Shown in pieces: positions 23,464 to 35,815 of a stretch of 64,000 bases of DNA. Numbering within the stretch: position 1 is the first letter of the stretch; each line of letters opens with the position of its first letter. Under the pieces are notes generated by a model. It searched no databases and had not been told where the DNA came from. It saw only the letters and a program-made list of their open reading frames with translations. Where the stretch lies: the NCBI GenBank assembly GCA_001600815.1, contig BCKZ01000024.1, positions 1 to 64,000 on the forward strand, in the 5' to 3' direction. The DNA comes from Alloascoidea hylecoeti (taxonomy: Eukaryota). Position numbers and translations under genes: made by a program.

Positions 23464-25380
23464 TCATAAGTCATCAAACCGACTTGATACATTTAATCTT
23501 CTTCCCAAGGACCCTCTTTTAACATTTCCTCTCTCACTTTTTGCCCGTTCTTTTTTTATCCGCTGATATATCTCTGTTTGCCGTTGTTTTATCTTTGGTA
23601 ATTTATCAAATGAACCATATCTAGCAGATTTCCCCGTTACTTCTCTATTAAAACCCCCAAAATTACCTTCATATCCTAAACTTCTAGCTATAAATTTAGT
23701 TTCACTTTCATCACCTCCCGTAAGATCAAAATAATCAAATGCTGCTTGTGGACTAAGTCGTAATTGGTCTCTCCAGATTGAACTTGGGATTTTCGGTTTT
23801 GTGGTATGACCTAGATCTTTATTGAATTGAAGTGCAGATGCTATCAAAAGATCAGGTTGTATATTATATGCTTTCATTGATATACAATAAAAACTAAGTA
23901 ATGATGATATTAAATCCTGAGTTCCTGGTTGTTGTAAAGCTAAATTTCCTAACTTCATAATATTTGGAACTGCTTCAAAATCACTACTCCTTGATATACT
24001 AATACCACGATTTTGTAATTCTTTAAGTAAACCAAGTTCAATTTTTGATAAGATCATTATAGCATTCCCTGAATTCCCCGCTCTACCAGTTCTTCCTATT
24101 CTATGAACATAAGTTGCTGGTTGAGAACAAATACCAATTTGAATAACATGAGTAACATTTGGGAAATCCATTCCTCTTGCACCAACATCACTTGTAACTA
24201 AAACACCACGATTTGCTTTTTTAAAGCTTTCAACTACAATTTGACGTTGATGAAGGGTTAATTTACCATGTAATCTCCATATTGGAACATCTGTACCTTT
24301 CATAAATATAGCAAGTGTTGTATCGAAAAAATCAACAAGTCGTATGGTAGGTAAAAAAACAATTGTTTTATATTCTTCAATCTTACTACTATCTTGTTTA
24401 ACTATAGCCATCCCAGCAATTAAAGTTTGGGAAAAAGAAGTTGTCTTAACTAGTTCTTGACTGATATCTAGATTAGTTTCCATCTCATTGGCATCAATTG
24501 TATCAACATATTTATAATTTTCACCCATTATAGAAGCAGCGAAATTCTTAGCATTTTTATCAATTGTTGCAGAAAATAATAATGATCGAGGATTAGAATG
24601 TTCTTTAAGATATCTAGTAATTTGTAATAATGAAGCTTTAAATCCATCATCTAACAATCTATCAGCTTCATCAATAACTGTATATTTAACATTATTAAAA
24701 AATTTATCAACTTTACCATTTTCCATAAAATCAATTAATCTACCAGGTGTTGCAATCAAAATATCAGCAGGATTTTCTTTTGAAAATGAATCTTTCATTT
24801 GTTTATCTTTCATTTCACCACCAACAATTAGTGATATATTTAATGATTTTAATTGTGTATGTTTTTCAATTATAATTTTTAAATCTTCTTGGATTTGTAA
24901 TGCTAAATCACGAGTTGGTGCAATAATAATTGAATTTATTTTACGTTTGTTATAATCACCAAGTTTGATTCTTTCTTTTATTGCTGATTCAAGTAAAGGA
25001 ATTCCAAATGCTAATGTTTTACCTGTTCCAGTTTTAGCTCTTGCAACAACTCCTGAATTATCCTCTAATATAACTTTAATTGATTTTGCTTGAACAGGTG
25101 TCATATGAGTAAAACCACATTTCTTAATACCATATATTATTCTATTGTCGATTAATTGATTTTTTGAAAGTGAATCAAATGAAAGATCGTCATTTTCTTT
25201 TGTATTGTTGATCCCTTTAACATTTATAGATTCATTTGTACTGGAATATCTTAGACCGCACCTAGGTCTATTTGACAGAAGTCTATGTGTGATACTGAGG
25301 CTTCGGTTACCACCTATAAATAAAATCCCATTTAATTGTTTAGATCTAAGTAGTTGACCACAAAACTCACCGAATAACAT
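23464..25380 (-). CDS. MSS116: Mitochondrial DEAD-box RNA helicase
   Basis: Presequence-like N-terminus; MTPVQ, AKTGTGKT, DEAD, SAT and HRIGRTGR motifs; basic tail; position near CAB5. Confidence 0.85.
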   Translation of the reverse strand: MLFGEFCGQLLRSKQLNGILFIGGNRSLSITHRLLSNRPRCGLRYSSTNESINVKGINNTKENDDLSFDSLSKNQLIDNRIIYGIKKCGFTHMTPVQAKSIKVILEDNSGVVARAKTGTGKTLAFGIPLLESAIKERIKLGDYNKRKINSIIIAPTRDLALQIQEDLKIIIEKHTQLKSLNISLIVGGEMKDKQMKDSFSKENPADILIATPGRLIDFMENGKVDKFFNNVKYTVIDEADRLLDDGFKASLLQITRYLKEHSNPRSLLFSATIDKNAKNFAASIMGENYKYVDTIDANEMETNLDISQELVKTTSFSQTLIAGMAIVKQDSSKIEEYKTIVFLPTIRLVDFFDTTLAIFMKGTDVPIWRLHGKLTLHQRQIVVESFKKANRGVLVTSDVGARGMDFPNVTHVIQIGICSQPATYVHRIGRTGRAGNSGNAIMILSKIELGLLKELQNRGISISRSSDFEAVPNIMKLGNLALQQPGTQDLISSLLSFYCISMKAYNIQPDLLIASALQFNKDLGHTTKPKIPSSIWRDQLRLSPQAAFDYFDLTGGDESETKFIARSLGYEGNFGGFNREVTGKSARYGSFDKLPKIKQRQTEIYQRIKKERAKSERGNVKRGSLGRRLNVSSRFDDL

Positions 25381-26045
25381 ATCATGAATTATGGTGGTGA
25401 AGGTTAACGTTTATTCCAAAATTTCTTTAAGCATAAAGCCGGGTAAAAGTTATGACATTTTTAAACTCACAGGAATTCTCAATCTCATGATTAACATCGA
25501 AGAATAAACGACGATTAGGATTGTACAATTTATTTCATAGGTTATTCAGATGCTTAATAAGATTGTTGATTTTTAGTTTTGTGTCTCGTTGTTTACAATA
25601 TTCATCACCATATGCATATCATAGTATTCTATATGCAGCTTACTCTTGAAATATGCAGCAAAAACTAATGGATGCCCGATTTGTTAATGAACAGGAAATA
25701 AAAAAAAATGATATTGATATTAAAATCCATTTCTTCGAACTCTAGATAAAAGAATCTCAATCTAACTTAACTACATACATAAAAATGGAAAGAATATCGA
25801 TTTCAGCGGTGTTTAAGACTAAGCTTAATTACCCGCGTATAATGTATTAAATCAATTATATGAAACAAAAAAAATAGCTATGTAGTTATAAGCTTATTGG
25901 TATACCTATATATTTAGGATTATACCATTATATTTCAAATATAACTAATTATATAAATACAAATAATAAATTCAAGCTTAAGAGCTTGCTTAACAATTCT
26001 AATTGGGAATATATTGTTGTAATTGAAATCGATAAGCATAATTAT

Positions 26046-26078
26046 AAGAAAAGAAAAGAAAAGAAAAGAAAAGAAAAG
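26046..26078. repeat. (AAGAA)n pentanucleotide microsatellite
   Basis: Read directly from the sequence. Confidence 0.85.
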
Positions 26079-26414
26079 AGAAAAAAAATAAGAATTCAAT
26101 CAATTATATAGTTCTATATATAACCAAATGATATTTATACCAGTACAGAGTGATTTTCATCGATATATCATTATAATATTAAATTAAAAAAGACAATTGC
26201 AATAAAAATTCATCATTCATATTAAGAAGAAAATCATATAATATAATAAATAAAGGTTAAATAATTTATACAAAATAATTTAAAAGGATAAAAAAACTTA
26301 TAAGAGAATATCGAAGTGGAAGTTGAATCCAAGAAGAATTAATATTAAAAAAAATAATAATCGTTACCCATGTCATTATGAAGCTTAACGTTAACTATAT
26401 AATATTCATATTGG

Positions 26415-27935
26415 TTATATAGAATGGTTTGATTGTAACGCAATTTCTACTAACTTTTGTCGTGGTAATCTTAAAGTGACCATTAATCTTGAAGGTGCCT
26501 TTTTAACGAACACTTTTTCAATGTTATTTCTCGATGTGTAATTACTGCTAACTCCAGGTCCCATATTTTCATCACTACTAGAAGTGAATTCATCATAAAA
26601 GTCACTATATTGGTCTGTATTAATATCAACTCTTTTATCTGGTTTTATAACACCACCTGGTAATAAAGAGGAATAAATAGGTGTTCGAAAAGTTCGAGGC
26701 ATATCAGAAAGATCAGGCATAATTGGAATACCTCTTCTTGTAACACGATTACCGGCTCGACGTTTACGTCGTGTATCACGATCTCTTTCCCTTTCAAGAT
26801 GATGTAGTTCTAGGTTACCAACTTCAGTTAAAGAGGGACCAAAGTCCTTTCGAGAACTTTTCAATCTGAATACATTTTCTGGTAGTAAAGTAGGTCTGAT
26901 ATGACCTCTTATATCTTCATCTTCAATTAATCGACCATCGAATTTGAAACCACTTGCATGGATACATTGTGTATATATTTGACATTGTTCACGAATTGAA
27001 TGTGAAATTGCTGTTGAAAATTCACCTGATAAGCTCATCTCATCACATAAAACAGATGCGAATTCTTCAGGGTTATTATCAGGGTTATTTATGTCCCATT
27101 CGAATTGGTCAACAAATGTTTTTGAACCACTAGTTATATCTAATTTAATTAAGATTCTCATATCTTCATCTTTTTGTAATAAATTCCCACGAGAATCATA
27201 ATAATAATGATCGTTAACATCTTGTTTATTGAATTCATGTCGTCGAAAATGAATTAATTGATCTTTAATACTTGTTAAAACAGTATTTGAAAATAATTTA
27301 TCAAAATCAAAATCTTGTGATAAATGATATACGAAGAACTCTAAAGGAATAACAGTTTCATTTAAATTCCAAACAAATGTATCGCGTAGTTGAAAATTAT
27401 CTCTATCATTTGTGAATTCTAAACGAATGGGAACCAACACGTCTGAAATCTTCGCCTGATGTTTAATTTGTTCACTAGAAACCTTTAACCCGGGGACTTG
27501 AGTTGGATTCTTATGATGGTCTGGATACACTATGCGTACCGCTTGTCCAGTCCATCCATTTCCATAACCTTTATAACCTTCACCCCAAATATTTTTATTA
27601 GTTTGGAGAAAACTTCCTAACCTTTTGTTTTTCAGTTGGTTATAAAACATTGCTTGCGATTGTATTTTCATCACGGTTTCTCGCCATCCTTGAGTGTTCC
27701 ATCTACCACTAGTTTGGGTATTTATGAGGTCGCGCACTATGAACTGATTATAGTGCTTGAGATCAGTATCGTGCAGTTGCTTGTTCTGCTTTCTGGTCCA
27801 GTAGAAGGGAGGGACGCGGATATTTTGATCCTGAGGGGTCGAATCCGAGGTCTGACCATTCTGAGGATGACGGTGAATCTGGGGAGGCCAGGGGTGTGGA
27901 GGGTGAGCGTGTGGAGGAACGTGTGGAGGGTGCAT
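26415..27935 (-). CDS. SNF5: SWI/SNF complex subunit
   Basis: WGEGYKGYGNG, LVPIRLE...LRDTFVWN and DQFEWDI...PEEFA Snf5 repeats. Confidence 0.93.
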   Translation of the reverse strand: MHPPHVPPHAHPPHPWPPQIHRHPQNGQTSDSTPQDQNIRVPPFYWTRKQNKQLHDTDLKHYNQFIVRDLINTQTSGRWNTQGWRETVMKIQSQAMFYNQLKNKRLGSFLQTNKNIWGEGYKGYGNGWTGQAVRIVYPDHHKNPTQVPGLKVSSEQIKHQAKISDVLVPIRLEFTNDRDNFQLRDTFVWNLNETVIPLEFFVYHLSQDFDFDKLFSNTVLTSIKDQLIHFRRHEFNKQDVNDHYYYDSRGNLLQKDEDMRILIKLDITSGSKTFVDQFEWDINNPDNNPEEFASVLCDEMSLSGEFSTAISHSIREQCQIYTQCIHASGFKFDGRLIEDEDIRGHIRPTLLPENVFRLKSSRKDFGPSLTEVGNLELHHLERERDRDTRRKRRAGNRVTRRGIPIMPDLSDMPRTFRTPIYSSLLPGGVIKPDKRVDINTDQYSDFYDEFTSSSDENMGPGVSSNYTSRNNIEKVFVKKAPSRLMVTLRLPRQKLVEIALQSNHSI

Positions 27936-29734
27936 TTGGGTGCGGTACTAATGTTTCAATAAATAAATTGAGGCTTCTAGAAAAGCAGCAAATGCATCTT
28001 TACATTGCTGTATGGATGTCTGCCAGATTCGACCCACAAATGTAAATTTGTTTAGTCCCACCAAATTTAAGGTCCACAATGTCTCCACACACTGTATATC
28101 TAAATATACCGAATCAACAAACAATAAATTTTACGTGATTGAATAAATTTAATTCAGATTTGCAATTATCCAATCTGAAATATTATCACACAATACTTTT
28201 TGAATGATATGCGGTTAATTATCATCATTTAATTGATTTATCAATAGAATGTATTACAGTGGGTATTCATGTATGGAACGACATAATCAATGTTTTAACA
28301 TAGTTCAATGAATTGAGTTAATATTTCATAATGCTTTTTCACTGGCTGAGAAAGATAATCGTCATCTGGATATTGCAATGGGGAAGTGAAAAAACGATGT
28401 AGGTGGGTGGCTGGTATTTCTGGGCTGGGGATTAATGCTCAAAATTCATAATGGAATACTATATACCGATCATCTTAATAACAATATACTGATCATGGAT
28501 GATTCTATTTCTTCTTGGTATCACCATGCTGTTAAATTTAAAAGCCTGGATGTACGGAGAAAGCTCATGTTTTGGATTGTTAATGCTTAAACTGATGATC
28601 GCTTATAAATTTGCGGTTGAGCAACTTTTGTTCACTAATATTAATTTTTTCATTTGAAGGTTCTCAACTAGACAAACTATTGTATCAAACTATTATATCA
28701 CATGGGACATTTATATTTTTACTCGAGATTGTAGTTTAGGTCTGGTGGCGTGGAAATTGCCATTTAATATGCCTCCTACTTCTGCTCAAATCAAAGTGAA
28801 GTGATCCGTCAGCTATATTTTGGATGCTTTTAGCAATTAAAAGTATGGGCCTAACATTTCTCTTAAGATGAGATGATGACTTGTCAGGCTATTGACTTTC
28901 GGTTCAACGATAGCAGGACAGAATTTTTTAACAATTGCATTATAAAGGAACTAATGAAAAGAGTTAATGATTTCGGAAGCTTTTTTATGATAAAAATTAC
29001 TCAGAAACTCTCTTAACTCTGTTGGGAAAGATTTTGATTGATGCTCTTCTTTGAGTCAAGTTTGTACGATATGTTTCACTTTTTATATAGCTTTCGCTTT
29101 TTATATAGCTAGTTATCACGAAGATGATGAATCAAAATAATATTAATAAAACATAAGCTTTATTCATAAAAATTTTAACAAGATAATAAAAGATAAACTT
29201 TGTAAAATTAAATGGAAAGATACGTGGGAAAAAATCCAAGATAATATTATTATTGGTATAAGTTATATTTTTCTCTTGGTTTTTTTTTCTTTAAAACTAG
29301 CACTTGAATTTCTTTCAAATTTTAAATTTCGTTCTTTTCCCACATCACAGCACTCAAAATTTAAAAACCTCCAAAATTAAATATTTGGATATTCTTCAAC
29401 AATCAAAAGAAGGGAAAAAAAGAGAACCAGATTTTCACACTTCCACGCGCACAATTTCAAAATTTATTGATTTTAAAAATAAATTTAACATTTTAAGAAT
29501 AACATAGTTGAAATCTATTTTTGTTGCGATTTTTGACGTGTCGCATTTAGTGTCCTTTGGGTTCTTTTTCTTTTGGACTAATTTATATTTCAGCAAATTA
29601 TCATCAATTTTACGTGTCAACACCTCTTTTCACATCTTAAAACATCATAAGTAATATTACTATTGAATTCTGGTTATTTTCACCCCCTTAAAACAACATA
29701 TTTTTACAAATTACTCGTTTAAATCTAGGTAGAT

Positions 29735-32308
29735 ATGAAAAATGCAGATAAAATTAAAGATTCAAACGGTTGGAGTGAACCATTATTAGCAAATCCTATT
29801 CCAGGAGTAACTGGTTATCCTTTAGATGCTCCTCCACCTCAAAGAATGACCAAGAAAAGGAAATCTACTTCTAAAACCGGAAATACGCGCAAAAGAAGAT
29901 CCGCAGATAAGAAGTTAGTAAGTTCAAATACAACCCTAATCGTAGGAATGAATGATGGGGATTGTAAGAGCGGTCCAGTTTTACGTCTTAAGCCGTCGAG
30001 GCAGAAATCTACTTCATTATCATCATCTGAGGAATCGGATGAAAATTTAACAGAAGAAAAAAACAAAAATGAAAAGATTCTCGACTCACAGACACCATTA
30101 CCACCTATAAATATTAAATTAACACCAAAAAAGAAAGATAATGGTAAGAATGGTAATGATAATACTACTTTTAACAACGGAAATGGCAATGAAACCAAAA
30201 AAGAAGGGAATTTAAAAATAACTCTGAAATTAGGAAAACCGTATTCGCCTCCTAAGGAATCTCCACAAACTAGTAATGTGCGTTCAACTCTCGATACGAA
30301 AAAGAAGAATTTATTTAAAACGATTAGGTTCACACAATCAAGTTATAACGAACTAGTGGCTAAAAAAGAAAATCAGAATAGTGATGATAAGCCTCCCAAT
30401 AGGCGGCAACAACATTCCAAAGAATCAGTTGAAAAGGCTTTAAAAGATAATGTCAATTTAAAACTTGAAAATACGCCCAAACCACCGAAAAAGAAAGCAA
30501 AAGTACATGTGTACGTGTACAAAGTTTTAATTTACATATGTTTAATCATTAAATAACTAACTACTCTGTTCATTGTTTGGATTTCAATAGGAAACAAGAC
30601 CATCATCATACAAATCCACTTGGTTATGATCTTCCGATTATTCCAGAACCTTCGGAAACCAAGCAAGAGATAGAACCCTTTGATGATCCCGCAAAAGTAA
30701 GTCGAATATTATCATACTTATTTTATTTACTTCAATAAAAAAAATGATTAATAAACTAAACTAAACTAATCTAAAAAATTTAGTATAATGACGATTTTTG
30801 TTCATGCTGTGGTGGTGATGGAACATTTCTTTGTTGCGAAGCTTGTCCAAAGTCTTTCCACTTTTCTTGTTGTGACCCCCCTTTTGACCCTGACGAACTA
30901 CCAGAAGGAAATTGGTTTTGTAATGATTGTGGGGCAAAGAAAGTAAGTAAAAAAAATCCAGTTAGTGGCGATCTGCCATTATTATATATTTTCTAACTTA
31001 TTTTAGAATCCACCAAAACCTTACAAAAAGGGGTTGTTTTCAGACTTACTTTACAACATCGAAAAACAGAATCCTGTAGTTTTCCAACTTCCAAAGAAAC
31101 TTCGGGAACGATATGCAGGAGTTTCAACTGGGGAATTTGGAAAATATGAAAATGGTGATATGAAACATATAGTAAATACTGGTTTTGGACCTATTGATTC
31201 ATATAATTCTGCTTTTCTTTCTTTACGGGATAAAAAGGGTGATCCGGTTTTATGTTATCATTGCCATAAATCTGTCATCCATGGCCCAATGCAGACATGC
31301 GATTATTGCAGTACGAATTTCCATTTAGATTGCTTAAATCCTCCCCTAACTTCTAAAAAAACCATCGGGAAAAAATGGAAATGTCCACTTCATTCCGATG
31401 AATTCCTTGATAAAAGGGGTAATAATAGGAAAACTCGTCAAACAAAAATAATAGATGTAGCTTTACGCCGAGGATTTAAAAATAATGGTGATATTGAAAT
31501 CCTATCTGATAACGAAGAGGCTGGGACCTTAGATTATGTCGAGCCAATATTTCAGGTTAAAGGACCAAAAAAGAGAGGTCATATTTTTGTTCCTAATGAT
31601 ATTGAGAATGAAATAAATGCAGTTGGGTTTGAGAAACCAATTTATCATCCTTTAGATGTACCACCCTTCTTTAGTTATGAGGATACCAGAACTGGTGTAA
31701 AAGCTAATATTCCAAAACAAAATCAAAAGGATTACGGACCGAATTCGGGAATTATCTATAGATTACCTGAACGGGGAATTATTTTAGATTTTTTGGAGGC
31801 GGTAACAAAAAATCGAGAACAGAAATTATTCGAAAAATCTGAAGCACTTGTCTTACCCAAATGTCAATATTTATCCGATGCATTTGAATCGTCTACTAGT
31901 CTTATCAATCCAACAGAGAGTGAACAAATTGCAGTTGAAAAATTGATTTCTTTAAATCAAGAACAATCAAATGATTCAAATGATTTGAAAGAAATTGTTA
32001 AAACTTTATTTGCTTTAGAAGCTAAACGAAAAGAAGATAAATCAAAACAAAAAAAAAATAATCAAAAACAAAAATTAATTGATAATGATAATGGATTTTT
32101 ATCACCGAAAAGATCTAAAATTCATTATTCTGATTATGCTTTAACTCCACCACATTCATCAATTGAAGAATTAGATTTTGAAGAATATGATAAAATTCAG
32201 TTGAAAAATATTGATATTGATTCAAATGAATTAGTTCAATTAATGTTAATTAAAAAAATGATGTTAGAAAAAGGTAAAAGAGATTTATTAAAATTTCTAT
32301 CAGCATAA
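29735..32308 (+). CDS. RCO1: Rpd3S double-PHD subunit; exons 29735-30510, 30591-30696, 30784-30942, 31007-32308
   Basis: Spliced PHD1 NDDFCSCC...CEACPKSFHFSC...WFCNDC; PHD2 CYHC...CDYC...HLDC...WKCPLH; three canonical introns keep the frame. Confidence 0.88.
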
Positions 32309-32841
32309 AATATATGGAAATTTTTAAAAAAAATATACATAACAATTTATTTCATTTTTATATATATGCATTTTATATTCACTCCTTTTATCATTTTTTC
32401 ATGTTTTAATTATATATAGCTATATTCACTGGGTGCTACATTATCTATTTCAGTGAAATCTATCTTTTTGTTGAAATTGATTGCTCAATAATATGACGTC
32501 GACATTAATATTGAAATATGTTTAAATTTAAATCTATTTTGTGTGATTTTCAAAGTTAATTGATTGCGATTTGATCATGAATGATTTACATTATAATTTA
32601 TAATTAAGATCATAAGTTTCAAAATCAAATATACCGGTATAATAATGATAATGCAAATTATAATAATATAATTTGGCTAATCACAAAATAAAAGAATCGC
32701 TTAACATTTGCCTGCAAATGAAATCGCTTAAAATCACACAACGAAGGATACTACGGTACTGAGTACTCTGTCTAGTTTTAAGTAATTTCGCAGCATCAAC
32801 AAGTTGACAACAATCTTATCCCCACCAAATAAAAAGAAGGA

Positions 32842-33110
32842 CCTTATTGTCCAATCCACCATTACTGTTAAAATAACAACCATATTATAACACTAGTTAA
32901 TAAACTACATTGTCAAATAGCATACGGTTGTCCAATAATTCCAGCCCCAATAATAATATTAGCCATATTCATAAAAGCCATTTTCATATTACTTTTAGAA
33001 TATTCCTCTCTTAAACCTTCTAATAATTCATCATTGTTACTTGCTAATTTCCATCGTCATCATCATTTAACAATATTTCTTCTTCAAAAAAATAAACATC
33101 ATCAAGATGT
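32842..33110 (-). pseudogene. AVT2: Decayed 5' fragment of an Avt2-like vacuolar amino acid transporter
   Basis: KSNMKMAFMNMANIIIGAGIIGQPYAI*QCSLLTSVII, then a frameshift, then VILTVMVDWTIR. In-frame stop at 32915-32913. Confidence 0.8.
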
Positions 33111-33681
33111 CATGAGCTAAGATCATCTCTATCTATTGCAAAACAATCCCGAGAGGTGTTTCTTCTTAGATAGTAGAGAATCTAGATGCATAGTAACGGA
33201 TTAAACAGTACAATTGAGAACAAGCGTAGAAACCAGCATTAGTATACTGTATCTCTCTAACAAAACATCTTCCCGACCTTACCAATAACTCTAGATCTGT
33301 ACCTGTTCCATCAAATTTCTGGGTATCTTACAGAGGAGTGTAGAATGTACCCATATGGTGTTTTGCGGAACAATAGTGCTTTGTTATCGCGTTCCTTGTT
33401 TGAAAATTTTGAATAAGCCCCATGAGATGGCCCCAGAGCTTGAAGACCAGTGATCGGCCTGGGAGTTCTGTTTCTGGTCGTAATAAAACCTGAATGTGTG
33501 CGCGTGTATAAGTAATTATATATGGGTATACCAAGTAATATTAAATGAATATTGGGGAAGGAGTCAATTGCAGGGAGCTGAAATAAACGCGTACCCATTT
33601 TTGATGATCCTCTGGCGTGTTACTTAATTATTAACCTTCTCGCGATCGTGAACTCTTCTTTTTTCTCCACCATTCCACCGA

Positions 33682-34977
33682 ATGTTTAAACAAACTCTTT
33701 CCAGCCCCGGTGAACCCATAATCCGCTCTTCTGTCGATATTCCATCGTCTCCCGCCGATAGCTCACGATCGTTTGTTTCTTCAATGTCTGACGAGACACA
33801 GGACACAATATATTCTGCAAACACAAGTGATACTCCACTTCAAGTAAAAGGACCCTGTCTTAATCCTGTACGTTTTTTCACATTCATATTGATAACTGGA
33901 TTTTTTTTGTGTTCTAACTAATGTGATTCTTAATAGTCCAACTCATTGTCTAATAACCAAGAATCTGCGGATTACGAAGCTCTTGCTAGAAAGGTATGTG
34001 TCCTGTTTAAATTTACTTATGAACTCTCTTATATTAGACCGTATTAACGCGTATTAACGTGCTTTACGGCTCTCAATTCGTGGTTTCATTTAAGTTTCCT
34101 ACCAAATGAATATTGAGACTAATGAAATGTTGTTATGTAGCATGCCGATATATTGAAAATCAGACTGAAGCTCGCCTACTACAAAGTCTCTACCAATCAG
34201 ACTAAAACCCCGTTGATGCAATTACCTATACCAACTCCACGCGTACAATCTTCAAGAGCAAAACCAGGTCAATATAAGAAACAAAAATCAAAATCAGAAA
34301 ATAAGAAATTGGACTTTAGTAAAAATAAAACCCCTTCCTCTATTTCAAAGAACACGGTAAATAATTTTATATGTTCAACATTGTCGCTAAACCGCGTTAA
34401 GAAATCTTCAATAGAGAGTCGATTGAATCCACCCCCCAAATTAGTATTACCTTCTAAATCATCATCCAAACCGCCTCTTTCATCCATTCAGCATTTACAA
34501 GGTCAGGTGCGGCTAAGCCCCATTTCAAAACTCTCTAAATCATTGTCATTTCGTGGTTCTCCAAAACCTCCTTCAAAGCTAGGCTCATACCCTTCGGTAA
34601 CGGCCGAAGGTCAAGAAGAAAAAGAAAATAAGTACTCCACAAAACCCAATAGTTCCTTTCAAACACCCATTAAAAGGAAAAGAACTCTTATTTCATCCCC
34701 GAGTCTCAGTTCGGTTAACAAACGTCATTCTTTGCCATTAAATGCTATCATGGCTTCAACTCCCATAAATGAATCGCATAATTTACATAATCCACATTTC
34801 TCATCGTCAGATTCCTCCTCTAATGATAACAAATCATTAAATTATCAAAACAGAAATATGGGCTCTTCTTCGCCAAATATATCTTCGGGTTCACTTCATT
34901 CCAGCCCTTCGAGGCAAGGTACCGCCGCTTCTGTTGGTGCCGCAAAGTGTTTACTACAACTAGCATTTGTGCAATAA
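33682..34977 (+). CDS. NRM1: Whi5/Nrm1-family G1/S co-repressor; exons 33682-33867, 33937-33993, 34141-34977
   Basis: GTB motif LKIRLKLAYYKVSTNQ, C-terminal SVGAAKCLLQL, many S/TP sites. MCB ACGCGT at 33587 and 34047. Confidence 0.75.
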
Positions 34978-35815
34978 CAACCTGGAATATACACCAGGTT
35001 TTCCGATGTGAAGAAAGGAATAAAAGCGACAAAATAAATAAAATATCTATTACTTAAATTCGAGACCACAAAACACTTTTATATAATTCATTTCTTGATA
35101 TTATTCGCAATTGGAATGCTTCACATTTATTTGTAACAGTTCTTCATGTAAAAAATCATTTGTCTACATTTTCATAGCATATAAGTATATAATTTATAAC
35201 ATTGATTCATTTACTTCTAATAGTATATGAGCAGTAAGCAGTGCATCTACTACTACATGTTTACAATTTCATTTTATAGTCTCTTACAATCATGTCTTCG
35301 TCATTCATTTACTTATAATTATTAAAAGTCCTTCATTATAAGCTTAAGCTCAGAGTACACCCAACACATTCTCACTTTGAGATGATTTCAATACCTGATA
35401 ATCGGGATTAAAATATACTTTTTAAAAGAAACTTCTTTAAATTCTGTGACATATGTAATTTTGTTATAGCATTGTAATTGGAAGCTAACGCCTGGGCGTT
35501 AATAGAAAAAATAATATAAGCTGAGCTATAAACTATAATTACGATATATACTATGTTATAGTGGCGTATTAATCGCAATACTAGTCATCTTCTCCTGACA
35601 AGTGGAACACAAGTCCTTTTATGGTCCCCAGATCATACATCTTCTCTAAGAGATAGAATCTTCTAGTGAGATCCACAAGACATGCGATCAGCTTTGCCAT
35701 ATATGGCCGAGTATGTAACATACTATATAATATATAATCATTACTGAAATTGTCATATTAATCTGTGTATTAAAAGCTTAGGGTCCATATGTAGTATAGT
35801 AATATTTGATTATAT

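Noticed and set aside
28300..29100. Moderately GC intergenic stretch with ATGATGA and a weak hairpin near 28872-28920 (snoRNA or relic?)
   Set aside because: No D box at a suitable distance and no recognisable protein motif in the frames read.
35445..35720. Possible second-family solo LTR (TG...TGTAACA)
   Set aside because: No target duplication or second copy found in the window.
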